A stretch of DNA of 64,000 nucleotides from Magnetospiraceae bacterium (GTDB lineage: Bacteria; Pseudomonadota; Alphaproteobacteria; Rhodospirillales; JBMYUJ01): positions 2,199 to 66,198 of the forward strand of contig JBMYUJ010000010.1 in the NCBI GenBank assembly GCA_049605255.1, read 5' to 3'. Positions 46,124-55,981 of the stretch are shown here, one piece after another. The notes under the pieces are model-generated. The model was given only the letters and a program-made list of their open reading frames with translations. It was not told where the DNA came from and made no database searches. Position 1 is the first letter of the stretch, and each line of letters starts with the position of its first letter. Position numbers and translations under genes: made by a program.

Positions 46124-47815
46124 GTGATGAAGCATCGCGCCGTGCGCAATCTGCGTGTCCGCTATCTTATTGGGTTGAGCGCCATTGCTTTTCTGATCAC
46201 CGCCTCTTGGTATTCGCTGCAACATTTGATTGCCGCGCAGGAAAACTATTCAAAAGTCGTGACCATGGCGGGGCAGCAACGCGGGCATTCGGAGCGGATC
46301 AGCTTTTTCGCCCTGACCATGGTGCACGCGAAACTCCTCGACGACTATCGCATCGCGAGGTCGCAATTAGGACGCGTTATTCATAAGCTGGAAGAGTCCC
46401 ACAGGATACTCCGGTATGGCGATGCGGACGCCGACATTCCCAGAATCAGCAACGATGAACTGAACCAGATTTATGTCGATCCGGCCTTGGACTTGGATAA
46501 CGGTGTGTCACGCTATCTGTTTCATGCCCGCAAGATCTATAACGCCAGTTTTGGCGAATTAACCGGAAATCATGCATCCTGGCTGTTCATCCAGCAAAAC
46601 GGGCCCCATGTTATCGGCGCGCTGTTTGACGCGGCGACCGATGAATATGAGAAAATCGGGCGGGAAGCCATTGTTCGCATCGAAGAGATCGAAACCGCTA
46701 TCTGGCTCGGTACCTTTGTCGTCCTGATATTCGAGGTCATTCTGATCTTTCGGCCCATGGAGCGACGGGTTGATCGGGCCTTGGATGAGTTGGCCCAAAA
46801 GAATGACGATTTGGAAAAAACCGTGGTGGAACTGGTCTCCGCCAAGGCGAACCTGACTGCCAGCGAAGAAAAATTCCGGGCCATGGCGGTCAACGTGCCC
46901 GGGGTCATTTTTCAGATGCAGGAGTCCCAGGATGGTGATCGCGGGTTCCTCTATGTCAGTCCCCGCTCGGAGGAATATTGCGGCGTATCATCAGAGGAAT
47001 TGGAGGCCGATTGGACCGCGCTACCCCTGCATCCAGAAGACCGGGAACGGTTTGTCTCCACGGTCCGCAAGGCGTTTTCCAATCAGACAGACTGGGTGTT
47101 TGAAGGACGGATGCTGACCCAGGATGGCGATGAAAAATGGGTCGCCGGCGCGTCACGTCCCATTCAGGCTGACCAGGATAATGTCGTCTTTAATGGGGTG
47201 ATCATCGATATCACCGCCCAAAAGGAAATGGAGGCGGAACTACGGCGCATGGCGACGGAGGATGCCTTGACCAGCGCTTATAACCGCCGCCAATTCATGG
47301 ATTTGGCGGAACAGGCGATCGAACGGGCGTGGCGCCATCGGGACGCCCTGTCGGTCATGATGATCGATTTGGACCATTTCAAACACGTCAACGATACCTA
47401 TGGCCACGCGGCAGGGGACGAAACCTTGAAACAAACCGTTGCCGAAATGCGTCGCCATATTCGGCATAACGATGTCTTGGGTCGTTTGGGAGGGGAGGAA
47501 TTCGGTATTTTGTCTCCACAAACCGAGGCTGACGGCGCTGCCAATCTCGCCGAGCGTATCCGGTTGGCTATTGCGGATCAGGAAATCCACATCGATGGGC
47601 AAACGATCTCGGTCACCGTTAGTATCGGAATCAGCCGCTGGTTGCCGAAAGATGCCGGTATTGATCAGGCCCTGGCCCGCGCCGACAAGGCCCTGTATCA
47701 GGCCAAGGAAACAGGCCGGAACCGGGTCTGCATGGTTGAATTGCCCGACCCGGAGCCGGTGGAACCCGAGGCCGAACAGGCGTTTCCCAGCGGGACTGTC
47801 GCCCGCGAAGCCTAA
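46124..47815 (+). CDS. Membrane diguanylate cyclase with PilJ/NarX-like sensor and PAS domain
   Basis: TM helix, MAGQQRGHSERI P-box-like, second TM, PAS (HPEDR), D.LT..YNRR, DLDHFK.VND.YGH..GD, RHND I-site, GGEEF. Confidence 0.92.
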   Translation: MMKHRAVRNLRVRYLIGLSAIAFLITASWYSLQHLIAAQENYSKVVTMAGQQRGHSERISFFALTMVHAKLLDDYRIARSQLGRVIHKLEESHRILRYGDADADIPRISNDELNQIYVDPALDLDNGVSRYLFHARKIYNASFGELTGNHASWLFIQQNGPHVIGALFDAATDEYEKIGREAIVRIEEIETAIWLGTFVVLIFEVILIFRPMERRVDRALDELAQKNDDLEKTVVELVSAKANLTASEEKFRAMAVNVPGVIFQMQESQDGDRGFLYVSPRSEEYCGVSSEELEADWTALPLHPEDRERFVSTVRKAFSNQTDWVFEGRMLTQDGDEKWVAGASRPIQADQDNVVFNGVIIDITAQKEMEAELRRMATEDALTSAYNRRQFMDLAEQAIERAWRHRDALSVMMIDLDHFKHVNDTYGHAAGDETLKQTVAEMRRHIRHNDVLGRLGGEEFGILSPQTEADGAANLAERIRLAIADQEIHIDGQTISVTVSIGISRWLPKDAGIDQALARADKALYQAKETGRNRVCMVELPDPEPVEPEAEQAFPSGTVAREA

Positions 47816-47916
47816 TCCCAATCGCCTCCTTCCCTTTACAGAATGCTTCTCGATACCCAATTGAACAAATTCGCAAATCAATTGGTGAAAAACTCATAAC
47901 AGCGAGGTATCAGAGC

Positions 47917-48663
47917 ATGTTTCAACGTTTTGTCGTGGGCCTGTTCGCCGCATCGATTTCCTATGGCGCGCAGGCGGGGGAAGCCGTCACCTACGATGTG
48001 AATGGCGAGCCCTTTGAGGGGTACTTTGCTCCCGCTTCCAGCGATAGCAAGGGGTTGGTGGTGGTCGTCCATGATTGGGATGGCATGACCGAGTATGAAA
48101 TGAAACGAGCGGATATGCTTGCCGACATGGGCTACGACGTTTTCGCATTGGATCTTTTCGGCAAGGGCAACCGCCCCATGGAGATGGAAACCCGTCGCGC
48201 GGAAACGGGGAAACTGTATAAAGATCGGGAAAGAATGCGGGCGCTATTGCTTGGCGGGCTTGATCAGGCCCGTGCAAAAAGCGCGGAAAATACCGTGGTG
48301 ATGGGATATTGTTTCGGTGGCGCCGCCATTTTGGAGCTGGCGCGATCGGGCAAAGCGGCGGATATCGCTGGGTATGTGTCCTTCCATGGTGGGCTGGCCA
48401 CGCCGGAAGGGCAAAGCTATCCCCTGGATACACCGCCGTTGCTCATTGCCCATGGCGGCGCCGATACGGCGGTTCCCATGTCCCAGGTCGCGGACCTGTC
48501 GGCGCAGTTGGAGGAAGCACAAATTTCCTACGAAATCGAGGTTTATTCCGGCGCGCCACACGCCTTTACGGTGTTTGGGTCCGACAGGTATTGGGAGGTG
48601 GCTGACAAGAAATCTTGGGCCGCCTTTACCGCGTTTCTGGAAACCCAGCTTTCCGGATCATAA
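47917..48663 (+). CDS. Exported dienelactone hydrolase family protein
   Basis: Signal peptide; HDWDG, GYCFGG, SFHGGL, HGGAD, HAFT. Confidence 0.92.
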   Translation: MFQRFVVGLFAASISYGAQAGEAVTYDVNGEPFEGYFAPASSDSKGLVVVVHDWDGMTEYEMKRADMLADMGYDVFALDLFGKGNRPMEMETRRAETGKLYKDRERMRALLLGGLDQARAKSAENTVVMGYCFGGAAILELARSGKAADIAGYVSFHGGLATPEGQSYPLDTPPLLIAHGGADTAVPMSQVADLSAQLEEAQISYEIEVYSGAPHAFTVFGSDRYWEVADKKSWAAFTAFLETQLSGS

Positions 48664-48790
48664 AAATTTGTTTGCAGACGGATGGGGGACCTTGGCGACG
48701 GCTTCCGGAAGCGGTAGAAAGGTCCTCTTTTCCATGAATGTTCACGCGGGCACGCCGCTTCACCTCGGCGACGGCGAAAAGGATAAGACC

Positions 48791-49939
48791 ATGTTGCGCT
48801 TTGCCATTCTGGCCCTGAGTATTGCGGTGGCATCCGTTCCCACATCGGCGCAGGAGTCTGAACAAAAGCCCGCCAAACCCACGGCAAAACCGGCTGCCAC
48901 CGCGCCCCAAGGCAGCCTTGTCTCCGTGGATGCGGTGGTTCGCGAACCCCTAACGCAAACCATGCCCGTGATTGGCCGCATGGTGGCGCGGCGGTCTGGT
49001 GTGGTGGCGGCAAGGGCGTCGGGCCCGTTGGAAACACTGGCGGTACAAGTGGGGGATCGGGTGGCCGCCGGGCAGGTGTTGGCGTCTCTTGCGCTGGGGT
49101 CGTTGCATTGGAATCGGGAGTTGCATCGGGCACAGGTTTCTCAGGCATCGGCGGCTTTTGCCGCGGCAGAAGACGATCTTGCCCTCCGGCAGCAGGAACT
49201 GGACCGGCTGGTGCAGTTGCGCCAATCCGCCGCCTTCAGTCAGGCCCGCGCCGATGACAAGCAACGCGAAGTATCCCGGGCCCAGGCCGATGTGGCAGAG
49301 GCCGCTGCTTCCGTGGCCGCCGCCAAGGCCAATCTGGAATTGGCGGAAATCACCATTGCGGATGCCGAGATCAAAGCCCCTTATGCGGGGGTGGTGGCAA
49401 AGCGCCATACCTCGCCGGGGGCCTATGTGAACCCCGGAAGCTCTATCGTTACCCTGATCGACGATAGCAGCCTGGAGGTGGAAGCGGATGTGCCGTCCGA
49501 CCGTTTGGCGGGTTTGGCGCCGGGGGTTGCGGTGTCGGTCCTGTTGCCGGGTGAAACCACCCCCCGTCAAAGCGAAGTCCGCGCGCTTGTGCCTGATGAA
49601 AACCCGTTGACGAGAACGCGGGCCGTGCGGTTTACGCCGCAATTCGACCCAACCCAGTTACAGTTGGCCGTTAATCAAAGCGCCACGGTGCTGATCCCCA
49701 TCGGGGAGAAGCGGGATGTAGTGAGCGTGCATAAGGATGCCATTCTCAGCAAGCCCCAAGGCTTCATGGTTTATGTGGCCGAGGACGGCGTCGCCCAGTT
49801 GCAGCCGGTTAAACTGGGCGAGGCCGTTGGTAGCCGCTTCGAGGTGTTGGACGGCTTGGAACCAGGGATGTTGACCGTGGTGCGGGGCAATGAACGCTTA
49901 CAGCCTGGAAGCCCCATCATGATCGGAAACGGCTCGTGA
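48791..49939 (+). CDS. RND efflux periplasmic adaptor (MFP)
   Basis: Signal peptide; V.VGDRV.AGQVLA, coiled coil, IKAPYAGVV, GL.PG..V.RG. Confidence 0.9.
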   Translation: MLRFAILALSIAVASVPTSAQESEQKPAKPTAKPAATAPQGSLVSVDAVVREPLTQTMPVIGRMVARRSGVVAARASGPLETLAVQVGDRVAAGQVLASLALGSLHWNRELHRAQVSQASAAFAAAEDDLALRQQELDRLVQLRQSAAFSQARADDKQREVSRAQADVAEAAASVAAAKANLELAEITIADAEIKAPYAGVVAKRHTSPGAYVNPGSSIVTLIDDSSLEVEADVPSDRLAGLAPGVAVSVLLPGETTPRQSEVRALVPDENPLTRTRAVRFTPQFDPTQLQLAVNQSATVLIPIGEKRDVVSVHKDAILSKPQGFMVYVAEDGVAQLQPVKLGEAVGSRFEVLDGLEPGMLTVVRGNERLQPGSPIMIGNGS

Positions 49940-52900
49940 ATCTGATCGCCATTGCCATTGATCGCCCCATCGCCGTCATCGCGGCGGTGCTGATGACCGT
50001 CATGTTCGGGTTGGTCGCCCTGCAGGTGATCCCGATCCAACTCACCCCCGATGTGCGCAACCCGGTGATCACCGTGCGCACCAATTGGCCGGGCGCTGCC
50101 CCGGCAGAGGTGGAGCGGGAAATCCTCAACAAGCAAGAAGACGTGCTGCGTGGCCTGGAGGGCCTGGAGAAGATCGACGGTCAAGCGGAGGATGGCCGGG
50201 CCACGGTGACCATGGAATTCCGAATCGGCCAGGATATGGATAAGGCTCTGTTGCTGGTGTCCAACAGGTTGGATCGGGTCGGCGGCTATCCGGCGGAGGC
50301 GGATGAGCCGACCCTGGATACGGCGGGCAGCGAAGATAACCCCATCACCTGGGTGGCGATCACCCGGCTGCCCGGCAACGAGCGGGATATCTATACCTAC
50401 GGTGATTTTGTCGAGGATGTGGTCTCGGAACGCATCCAACGGGTGCCCGGAGTGGCCGGGGTCAATGTCTATGGCGGGCGGGCGCGGGAACTGGTGGTCA
50501 CCATCGATCCCGTGGGCATGAGCCGCTATGGCCTGACCGTGTCGCAGGTGCTTGGCGCCTTGCGCGCCGCCGATGTGGCGACCACGGCGGGGGATGTGGA
50601 GGAAGGCAAGCGCCGTTATGTGGTGCGCACAGATTCCGACTTTTCCACGCCGGAGCGGGTCTCGCAGGTGGTTCTGCGCACCATCCGGGATGCGGAAACC
50701 GGCCGCATCGCCCGGGTGACCGTGGGCGATATTGCCGAGGTCGGCTTCGATTACAAAGATCAAACCACCATGATCCGCCGCATGGGCGAGCAGGCGGTGG
50801 TAATCAATGCGGTACGCGATACGGGCGCCAACGTCATCGAGACCATGCGGGGAATCCGCGAAGCGATCACCGAATTGAACGCGGGCGTGGTGCGCGCGCA
50901 AGGCCTGCAGATGAAGCAGGTTTATGACGAAACCGTCTATATCGATTCCGCCATCGAACTGGTACGGCAAAATATCTGGATCGGAGGCCTTTTGGCGGCC
51001 ACGATCCTGATCATTTTCCTACGGTCTTGGCGGGCGACCCTGGTGGTTTCCGTGGCCATCCCGGTTTCCGTCATCGGGTCTTTCGTGGCGATGGCGGCCC
51101 TGGGGCGGTCCATCAATGTGGTCTCCCTGGCGGGGATCGCTTTTGCCGTCGGGATGGTGGTGGATGCCGCCATCGTCGTGCTGGAAAACGTGTTCCGGTT
51201 GCGCCAATCGGGTGCCAGCCCCCGCGATGCGGCCTATAAGGGCGCCGCACAGGTGTGGAGTGCTGTGTTGGTTTCCGCGCTCACGACGGTTCTGGTTTTC
51301 CTGCCCCTGTTGGTATTGCAGTTGGAAATCGGCCAGCTGTTCCGCGATATCGCCGTGGCGATCTCCGTCTCCGTGCTGTTGTCCTTGGTTGTCGCGGTCA
51401 CGCTGATTCCCGCCCTGTCGAACCGCCTCCTGAAGGGCGTTAAAAGCGACGGCAGCGGGCGCATCCATATCCCCGTGCTGGATACCATCGCGAGCGCGAT
51501 CTTGAGCGCGATTTTGGCCTTCACCCGGGTGATCTCCCGCCGCCGGTCGGTCGCCCTTGTGGTGGTGGTCGGGGTTTGTGGCCTCAGCGGGGCCGCCAGT
51601 TACCTGTTCCTACCGAAGCTAGAATATATGCCGGAAGGCAACCGAAACCTGATCTTCGGCATTGTCTTGCCGCCACCGGGTTATAACCTTCCGACGACAG
51701 CCGGGATTGCGGAGGACGTGGAAAACGCGGTGAAAGACCTGTGGGTCGAGGAAAAAGGGGTGAAGGCGGACCCCGATAAACCGCCGTTCATGGATAATTT
51801 CTTCTTCGTCGCCATGCGGGGCACCACCTTCGTGGGGGCCAGTGCGTCGGAACCGGAGCGGGTGGCGGAGCTGATCCCCATCGTCCGCCAACCCGTGTTC
51901 AAGGAACCGGGGACCTTCGGCTTTGTGACCCAGCCTTCGCTGTTCGGGCGCGGTATCGGGTCGGGCCGGTCCATCGACGTGAACATTTCCGGCGGTGATC
52001 TGGAACAGATTCTCTCCGTTGCCTTGCGCGCGACAGGCGCGGTGGCCGGTGCCTTGCCCATGTCCGAAGGAAACCAACTTCGGCCCATTCCCGGCCTGGA
52101 GCTGGGCGCGCCGGAAATCCGCATTCTGCCCGATCCTTTGCGCTTGGCGGACAACGGTGTTTCCGCAGCCGAATTGGGTCTGACGGTGGATGCCTTCAAC
52201 GATGGCCTGCGGGTGGTAGAGATCACCGTGGATGGCAAGCAGATGGACCTGACTTTGAAGGGCCGGGTGGTCGAATCTCAGGAAACTCAGAAAATCGGTA
52301 GTCTGCCGGTGATGACCAGCTCGGGCACCATTCTGCCCGTGCGGTCTTTGGCCGATGTGGAAATTACCTCCGGCCCCACGGAAATCCGCCATATTGACCG
52401 GCTACGTACCGTCACCTTGCAGGTGCGGCCGCGGTCGGATTTGCCGCTGGAAGCGGCCATGGAACTCATCGAGGAGCAGGTGGTCGCCCCCCTCAAAGCA
52501 GCGGGCCTGCCGCCCGGAACCAGCATTCGCCTCGCCGGGACAGCGGATAAGCTGACCGAGGCCTGGGATGCCATGGTCATCGAAATGGGGCTCGCCTTGA
52601 TCATCGTGTTTTTGGTGATGGCGGTGCTGTTCGAAAGCTTCCTCTATCCGCTGATCATCATGTTGTCGGTGCCTTTGGCGACCGCGGGCGGTGTCGCTGG
52701 GTTGGCGATTCTCAATCTCTATCAGCAAAGCCCCCTGGATATGTTGACCCTGCTCGGGTTCATCATTCTGGTGGGAATTGTGGTGAATAACGCTATTTTG
52801 CTGGTGCATCAGACCAAGTACTACATGATGGAAGAAGGGATGCCCGCCGAAGAGGCGCTGGTCAGCGCCACGCAGAACCGCATCCGGCCGATTTTCATGT

Positions 52901-53121
52901 CCACGCTGACCAGCGTGTTCGGCATGCTGCCCTTGGTGCTGTTCCCCGGTGCGGGTTCAGAACTGTATCGCGGCTTGGGTTCGGTCGTGCTTGGCGGTTT
53001 GGCCTTGTCTGCAGTGCTCACCTTGCTCATCATCCCGGCCATGTTGAGCCTGGTTTTATCTCGCAAACAGGAAGTGGCCGAGAATTCTAGCCCGGGCCAA
53101 CCGGCCCTCGACGCACAGTAA
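49936..53121 (+). CDS. RND efflux permease (AcrB family)
   Basis: I.RP, PGAAP.EVE, GMVVDAAIVVLEN, GIVVNNAILL, RIRPIFMSTLT..FGMLPL. Confidence 0.95.
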   Translation: MNLIAIAIDRPIAVIAAVLMTVMFGLVALQVIPIQLTPDVRNPVITVRTNWPGAAPAEVEREILNKQEDVLRGLEGLEKIDGQAEDGRATVTMEFRIGQDMDKALLLVSNRLDRVGGYPAEADEPTLDTAGSEDNPITWVAITRLPGNERDIYTYGDFVEDVVSERIQRVPGVAGVNVYGGRARELVVTIDPVGMSRYGLTVSQVLGALRAADVATTAGDVEEGKRRYVVRTDSDFSTPERVSQVVLRTIRDAETGRIARVTVGDIAEVGFDYKDQTTMIRRMGEQAVVINAVRDTGANVIETMRGIREAITELNAGVVRAQGLQMKQVYDETVYIDSAIELVRQNIWIGGLLAATILIIFLRSWRATLVVSVAIPVSVIGSFVAMAALGRSINVVSLAGIAFAVGMVVDAAIVVLENVFRLRQSGASPRDAAYKGAAQVWSAVLVSALTTVLVFLPLLVLQLEIGQLFRDIAVAISVSVLLSLVVAVTLIPALSNRLLKGVKSDGSGRIHIPVLDTIASAILSAILAFTRVISRRRSVALVVVVGVCGLSGAASYLFLPKLEYMPEGNRNLIFGIVLPPPGYNLPTTAGIAEDVENAVKDLWVEEKGVKADPDKPPFMDNFFFVAMRGTTFVGASASEPERVAELIPIVRQPVFKEPGTFGFVTQPSLFGRGIGSGRSIDVNISGGDLEQILSVALRATGAVAGALPMSEGNQLRPIPGLELGAPEIRILPDPLRLADNGVSAAELGLTVDAFNDGLRVVEITVDGKQMDLTLKGRVVESQETQKIGSLPVMTSSGTILPVRSLADVEITSGPTEIRHIDRLRTVTLQVRPRSDLPLEAAMELIEEQVVAPLKAAGLPPGTSIRLAGTADKLTEAWDAMVIEMGLALIIVFLVMAVLFESFLYPLIIMLSVPLATAGGVAGLAILNLYQQSPLDMLTLLGFIILVGIVVNNAILLVHQTKYYMMEEGMPAEEALVSATQNRIRPIFMSTLTSVFGMLPLVLFPGAGSELYRGLGSVVLGGLALSAVLTLLIIPAMLSLVLSRKQEVAENSSPGQPALDAQ

Positions 53122-53326
53122 TTACGTACCGATCCCCTTCTTTCTGGCTATCCACCAGCTCGTGGGGGGTGGATTCGCACAGCGCCTTGAAGTCTTTCGG
53201 GGCGTTGGGATCAGTCGCGGTCACCCGCAAAAGATCGTTGGACGCCATGTTACGAAGGGCCCGCGTGGCCCGCAAAATGGGGAGGGGGCAGCTCAAACCG
53301 CTGCAATCGAGATCCTGGTCCGCCAT
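53087..53326 (-). CDS. tusA: TusA/SirA family sulfur carrier
   Basis: LD..GL.CPLP, ATDP....DF...C; AGGAG RBS. Confidence 0.9.
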   Translation of the reverse strand: MADQDLDCSGLSCPLPILRATRALRNMASNDLLRVTATDPNAPKDFKALCESTPHELVDSQKEGDRYVITVRRGPVGPG

Positions 53327-53578
53327 GGGGCTCCTCTTGTATAACTCGTTAAGACCTGCTATGCATGTGAAAATATACTAACTACATTTTTCCTTGGTAT
53401 AGGAAATTCGTGGTAAACGGTTTCTCGGCCTAAACGTATCTGTTATCATCAATTTCTGCGGCAAGCGCTGCTAATGGATCGATCCTGACGCCAGCCATGC
53501 AATATTAACGACAATGAGATGTTGTCACAGCCGGGCCTCCAAAAACCGTTAAAACTGATTGGAGGAGTGAAGCAGTCG

Positions 53579-53926
53579 ATGGATTTAAACGAATTACAGG
53601 AAAATGCCCAGCGGGCCAGCGCCTTGTTGAAGGCGATGAGCAACCAGCACCGGCTCTTGATTCTGTGCCAGTTGATTCATGAGGAACGGTCGGTAGGTGA
53701 ATTGGAACGGATGATCGGGTTGAGTCAGTCTGCTTTGTCTCAACATTTGGCGCGCTTGCGGCGGGATCGTCTGGTCAAAACCCGTCGGCAGGCCCAGACC
53801 ATCTATTATTCTCTCGCCGGTGATGAAGCGAGCGCGGTGATCCAAACCCTATATGGTTTGTATTGCGCGGCCCCGGAAGAAACCGCGCGTCAGGGGGATG
53901 AATCCCAGGTTGCTCTTGCCGTGTGA
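53579..53926 (+). CDS. ArsR/SmtB regulator, BigR/SqrR-like (two-Cys persulfide sensor type)
   Basis: LKAMSN.HRLLILCQL, SQSALSQHLARLR, LV.TRR.AQTIYYSL, LYGLYC; GGAGGAG RBS. Confidence 0.88.
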   Translation: MDLNELQENAQRASALLKAMSNQHRLLILCQLIHEERSVGELERMIGLSQSALSQHLARLRRDRLVKTRRQAQTIYYSLAGDEASAVIQTLYGLYCAAPEETARQGDESQVALAV

Positions 53927-53935
53927 TGGTGCCGC

Positions 53936-54469
53936 TTAAGTGCGGTCCGCCAGGTCTTTTGGCCGTTTGAAGCTGTGCAGCGACCCTGCCTGTAGATCGA
54001 CCGCCTCCCAGAATGTTCCTGAAAAACCAATTACCGCGAGGGCTGCCGTGGGGAATTTTTGTCCCATCGCGGCAATGCCCTGGGCGTCGCCCGAGGGTTT
54101 GACGCCACAGGCGGCCCAGGCGAGGTTTTCGGTTCCCGGATTATGGGCAATCACCATCAAGCGTTCCGCCTTTCCCCCCAAAGCGTGTATCTGGTCCGCC
54201 ATCTCTTGCGCGCTGGCCAGGTAGAGGGCGCGGGATTCGATCACCTCCGGTTGGCTTTTCCACTGTTTCGCAGCGATGGACAGGGTCTCCAACGTGCGGG
54301 CCGCCGTGGAAACCAGAATTCGGTGAGGCACCAAATCCCGGGTCTGAATATAGGCGCCCATGGCCTTTGCCGCGTTTTTTCCCCGCTTCGCCAAGGGGCG
54401 GTCGAAGTCACCAAGATGGGGATCGCCCCAATCGGATTTGGCATGTCTGAAAAGAAGGAGCTGCGGCAT
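53936..54469 (-). CDS. sixA: Phosphohistidine phosphatase
   Basis: LLLFRHAKSDW, DFDRPL..RG, S.A.R..ET, AHNPG, FPTAA. Confidence 0.9.
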   Translation of the reverse strand: MPQLLLFRHAKSDWGDPHLGDFDRPLAKRGKNAAKAMGAYIQTRDLVPHRILVSTAARTLETLSIAAKQWKSQPEVIESRALYLASAQEMADQIHALGGKAERLMVIAHNPGTENLAWAACGVKPSGDAQGIAAMGQKFPTAALAVIGFSGTFWEAVDLQAGSLHSFKRPKDLADRT

Positions 54470-54626
54470 TGACACCTCGTCATCCCGTTGTCATCTTCAC
54501 GCGGCCTTGACGACAATAACCCTTCCATAAAATGATTGAAATGCTTGAATTTCGTCCCCTTTTACAGTTCGTAACCGCTGCGTACCGCGCGGGCAAACCG
54601 GTTGGCGATGGGTGGAGTTCTACCGC

Positions 54627-55331
54627 ATGATCACAGAGGAAAGCGTCTTGGCGGCGCTCTTGGATGGGGCCTTCGAGGAAGCGGTTTTTCGGTGGGAGAA
54701 ACTGGCGCGCCAACGGCAGTATCCTTTCAACGGCAATGCGAATGCCCTGGCCCTGTCGGCGCAGCTTTTGGAAGCGCGTTTGCTCTATCTATCCATGGTC
54801 AACCGAGATCAGAAAATTCTCCGCATGCTGTCGAAATATCGGGAATGGTTGCTCGATCAATCTTCGGAAGTGGCCAACGGGCGCGGAATCGGCGAAATCG
54901 ATCTAAAAATGCCTGCCAGTATGCGGGTTGGTCATCCTGAAATCGACGCCGAGCATGAAGAATTGTTCGATCGTGCCAATGCGATCCGTAATGCCCTGCG
55001 CAAAGGGGATCGGGAGCAGGGAGCCTTGCTGGCGGCGGCGCTACTCGATGCGATGCTGGCGCATTTCGATAACGAAGAAGAGATTCTCTACAGCGAAGCT
55101 TGTCCGGAAGCGGAAATCCACGCCATGTATCATAACCGGTTGCGGGACCGGGCCGCGGAAATCCGGCGGGATTTGCGGAAATTCGCACGAGATCCAGAAA
55201 CCTCTATCACCACCTTCAACACCTTGGTGACATTCCTGATCAACGATCCCATCGCGGCGGATCAGGACCTCAAACCCTATTTCGATTCTCACGTGAGCAA
55301 TACCTACGGCGTGCCCACCGCCCGGCGCTAA
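54627..55331 (+). CDS. Protein with C-terminal hemerythrin-like domain and uncharacterised helical N-terminal domain
   Basis: MRVGHPEIDAEH, HFDNEE, HAMYH, FLINDPIAAD; start 54627 (ATG after GGAG) or 54612. Confidence 0.82.
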   Translation: MITEESVLAALLDGAFEEAVFRWEKLARQRQYPFNGNANALALSAQLLEARLLYLSMVNRDQKILRMLSKYREWLLDQSSEVANGRGIGEIDLKMPASMRVGHPEIDAEHEELFDRANAIRNALRKGDREQGALLAAALLDAMLAHFDNEEEILYSEACPEAEIHAMYHNRLRDRAAEIRRDLRKFARDPETSITTFNTLVTFLINDPIAADQDLKPYFDSHVSNTYGVPTARR

Positions 55332-55981
55332 TCGATCGGGTTCTGCAATGCCTTGGAGGGGCTGGCGGCTGCCGTCACGACGACCTTTTCTTCCTCGACC
55401 CGAAAACGCCCTTCGGCAATGAGCTGCACCGCATAGGGCAGCACCCGATGTTCTTGTACCAGCACCCGCGCGGCTAACATGTCCGGTGTATCTACCGACA
55501 GGACCGGCACAACCGCCTGTACGATAATTGGCCCCTCATCCATGGCGGGTCGGACGAAATGTACCGTGCATCCGGAAAAGCGGACCCCCGCCGCCAATAC
55601 CCGTTCATGGATATGGCGCCCCTTAAAGGCGGGCAACAAGGAGGGGTGGATATTAATCAGCCGGTCATGCCATTGGCGGACAAAGCTATCGGTCACCAGG
55701 CGCATGAAACCGGCGAGGACCACCAAATCAACCTTGTCGGCCAGAAGAACCTCCTGGACCGCTGCCTCGAAGGCTTCGCGGCCATCATAGGCTTTATGAT
55801 CCACCACGGCGGTGGGAATCCCCGCCGCTTCCGCACGGTGCAATCCATAAACCTCCGGCACATTGGAAATCACCCGGACAATCTGGGCCGGGTACACGGG
55901 ATCTTGGCAGGCATCGATCAAGGCTTGAAGGTTGCTGCCACGGCCTGAAATCAAAACACCCACGCGCAGTTTATCGTTCAT
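55328..55981 (-). CDS. purN: Phosphoribosylglycinamide formyltransferase
   Basis: [37 protein letters not shown]...D.GPII.Q. Confidence 0.96.
   Translation of the reverse strand: MNDKLRVGVLISGRGSNLQALIDACQDPVYPAQIVRVISNVPEVYGLHRAEAAGIPTAVVDHKAYDGREAFEAAVQEVLLADKVDLVVLAGFMRLVTDSFVRQWHDRLINIHPSLLPAFKGRHIHERVLAAGVRFSGCTVHFVRPAMDEGPIIVQAVVPVLSVDTPDMLAARVLVQEHRVLPYAVQLIAEGRFRVEEEKVVVTAAASPSKALQNPID

Noticed and set aside
48317..48790. Long N-terminal extension of the RND adaptor in the ORF track
   Set aside because: Overlaps the hydrolase gene; the signal peptide and RBS indicate the real start at 48791
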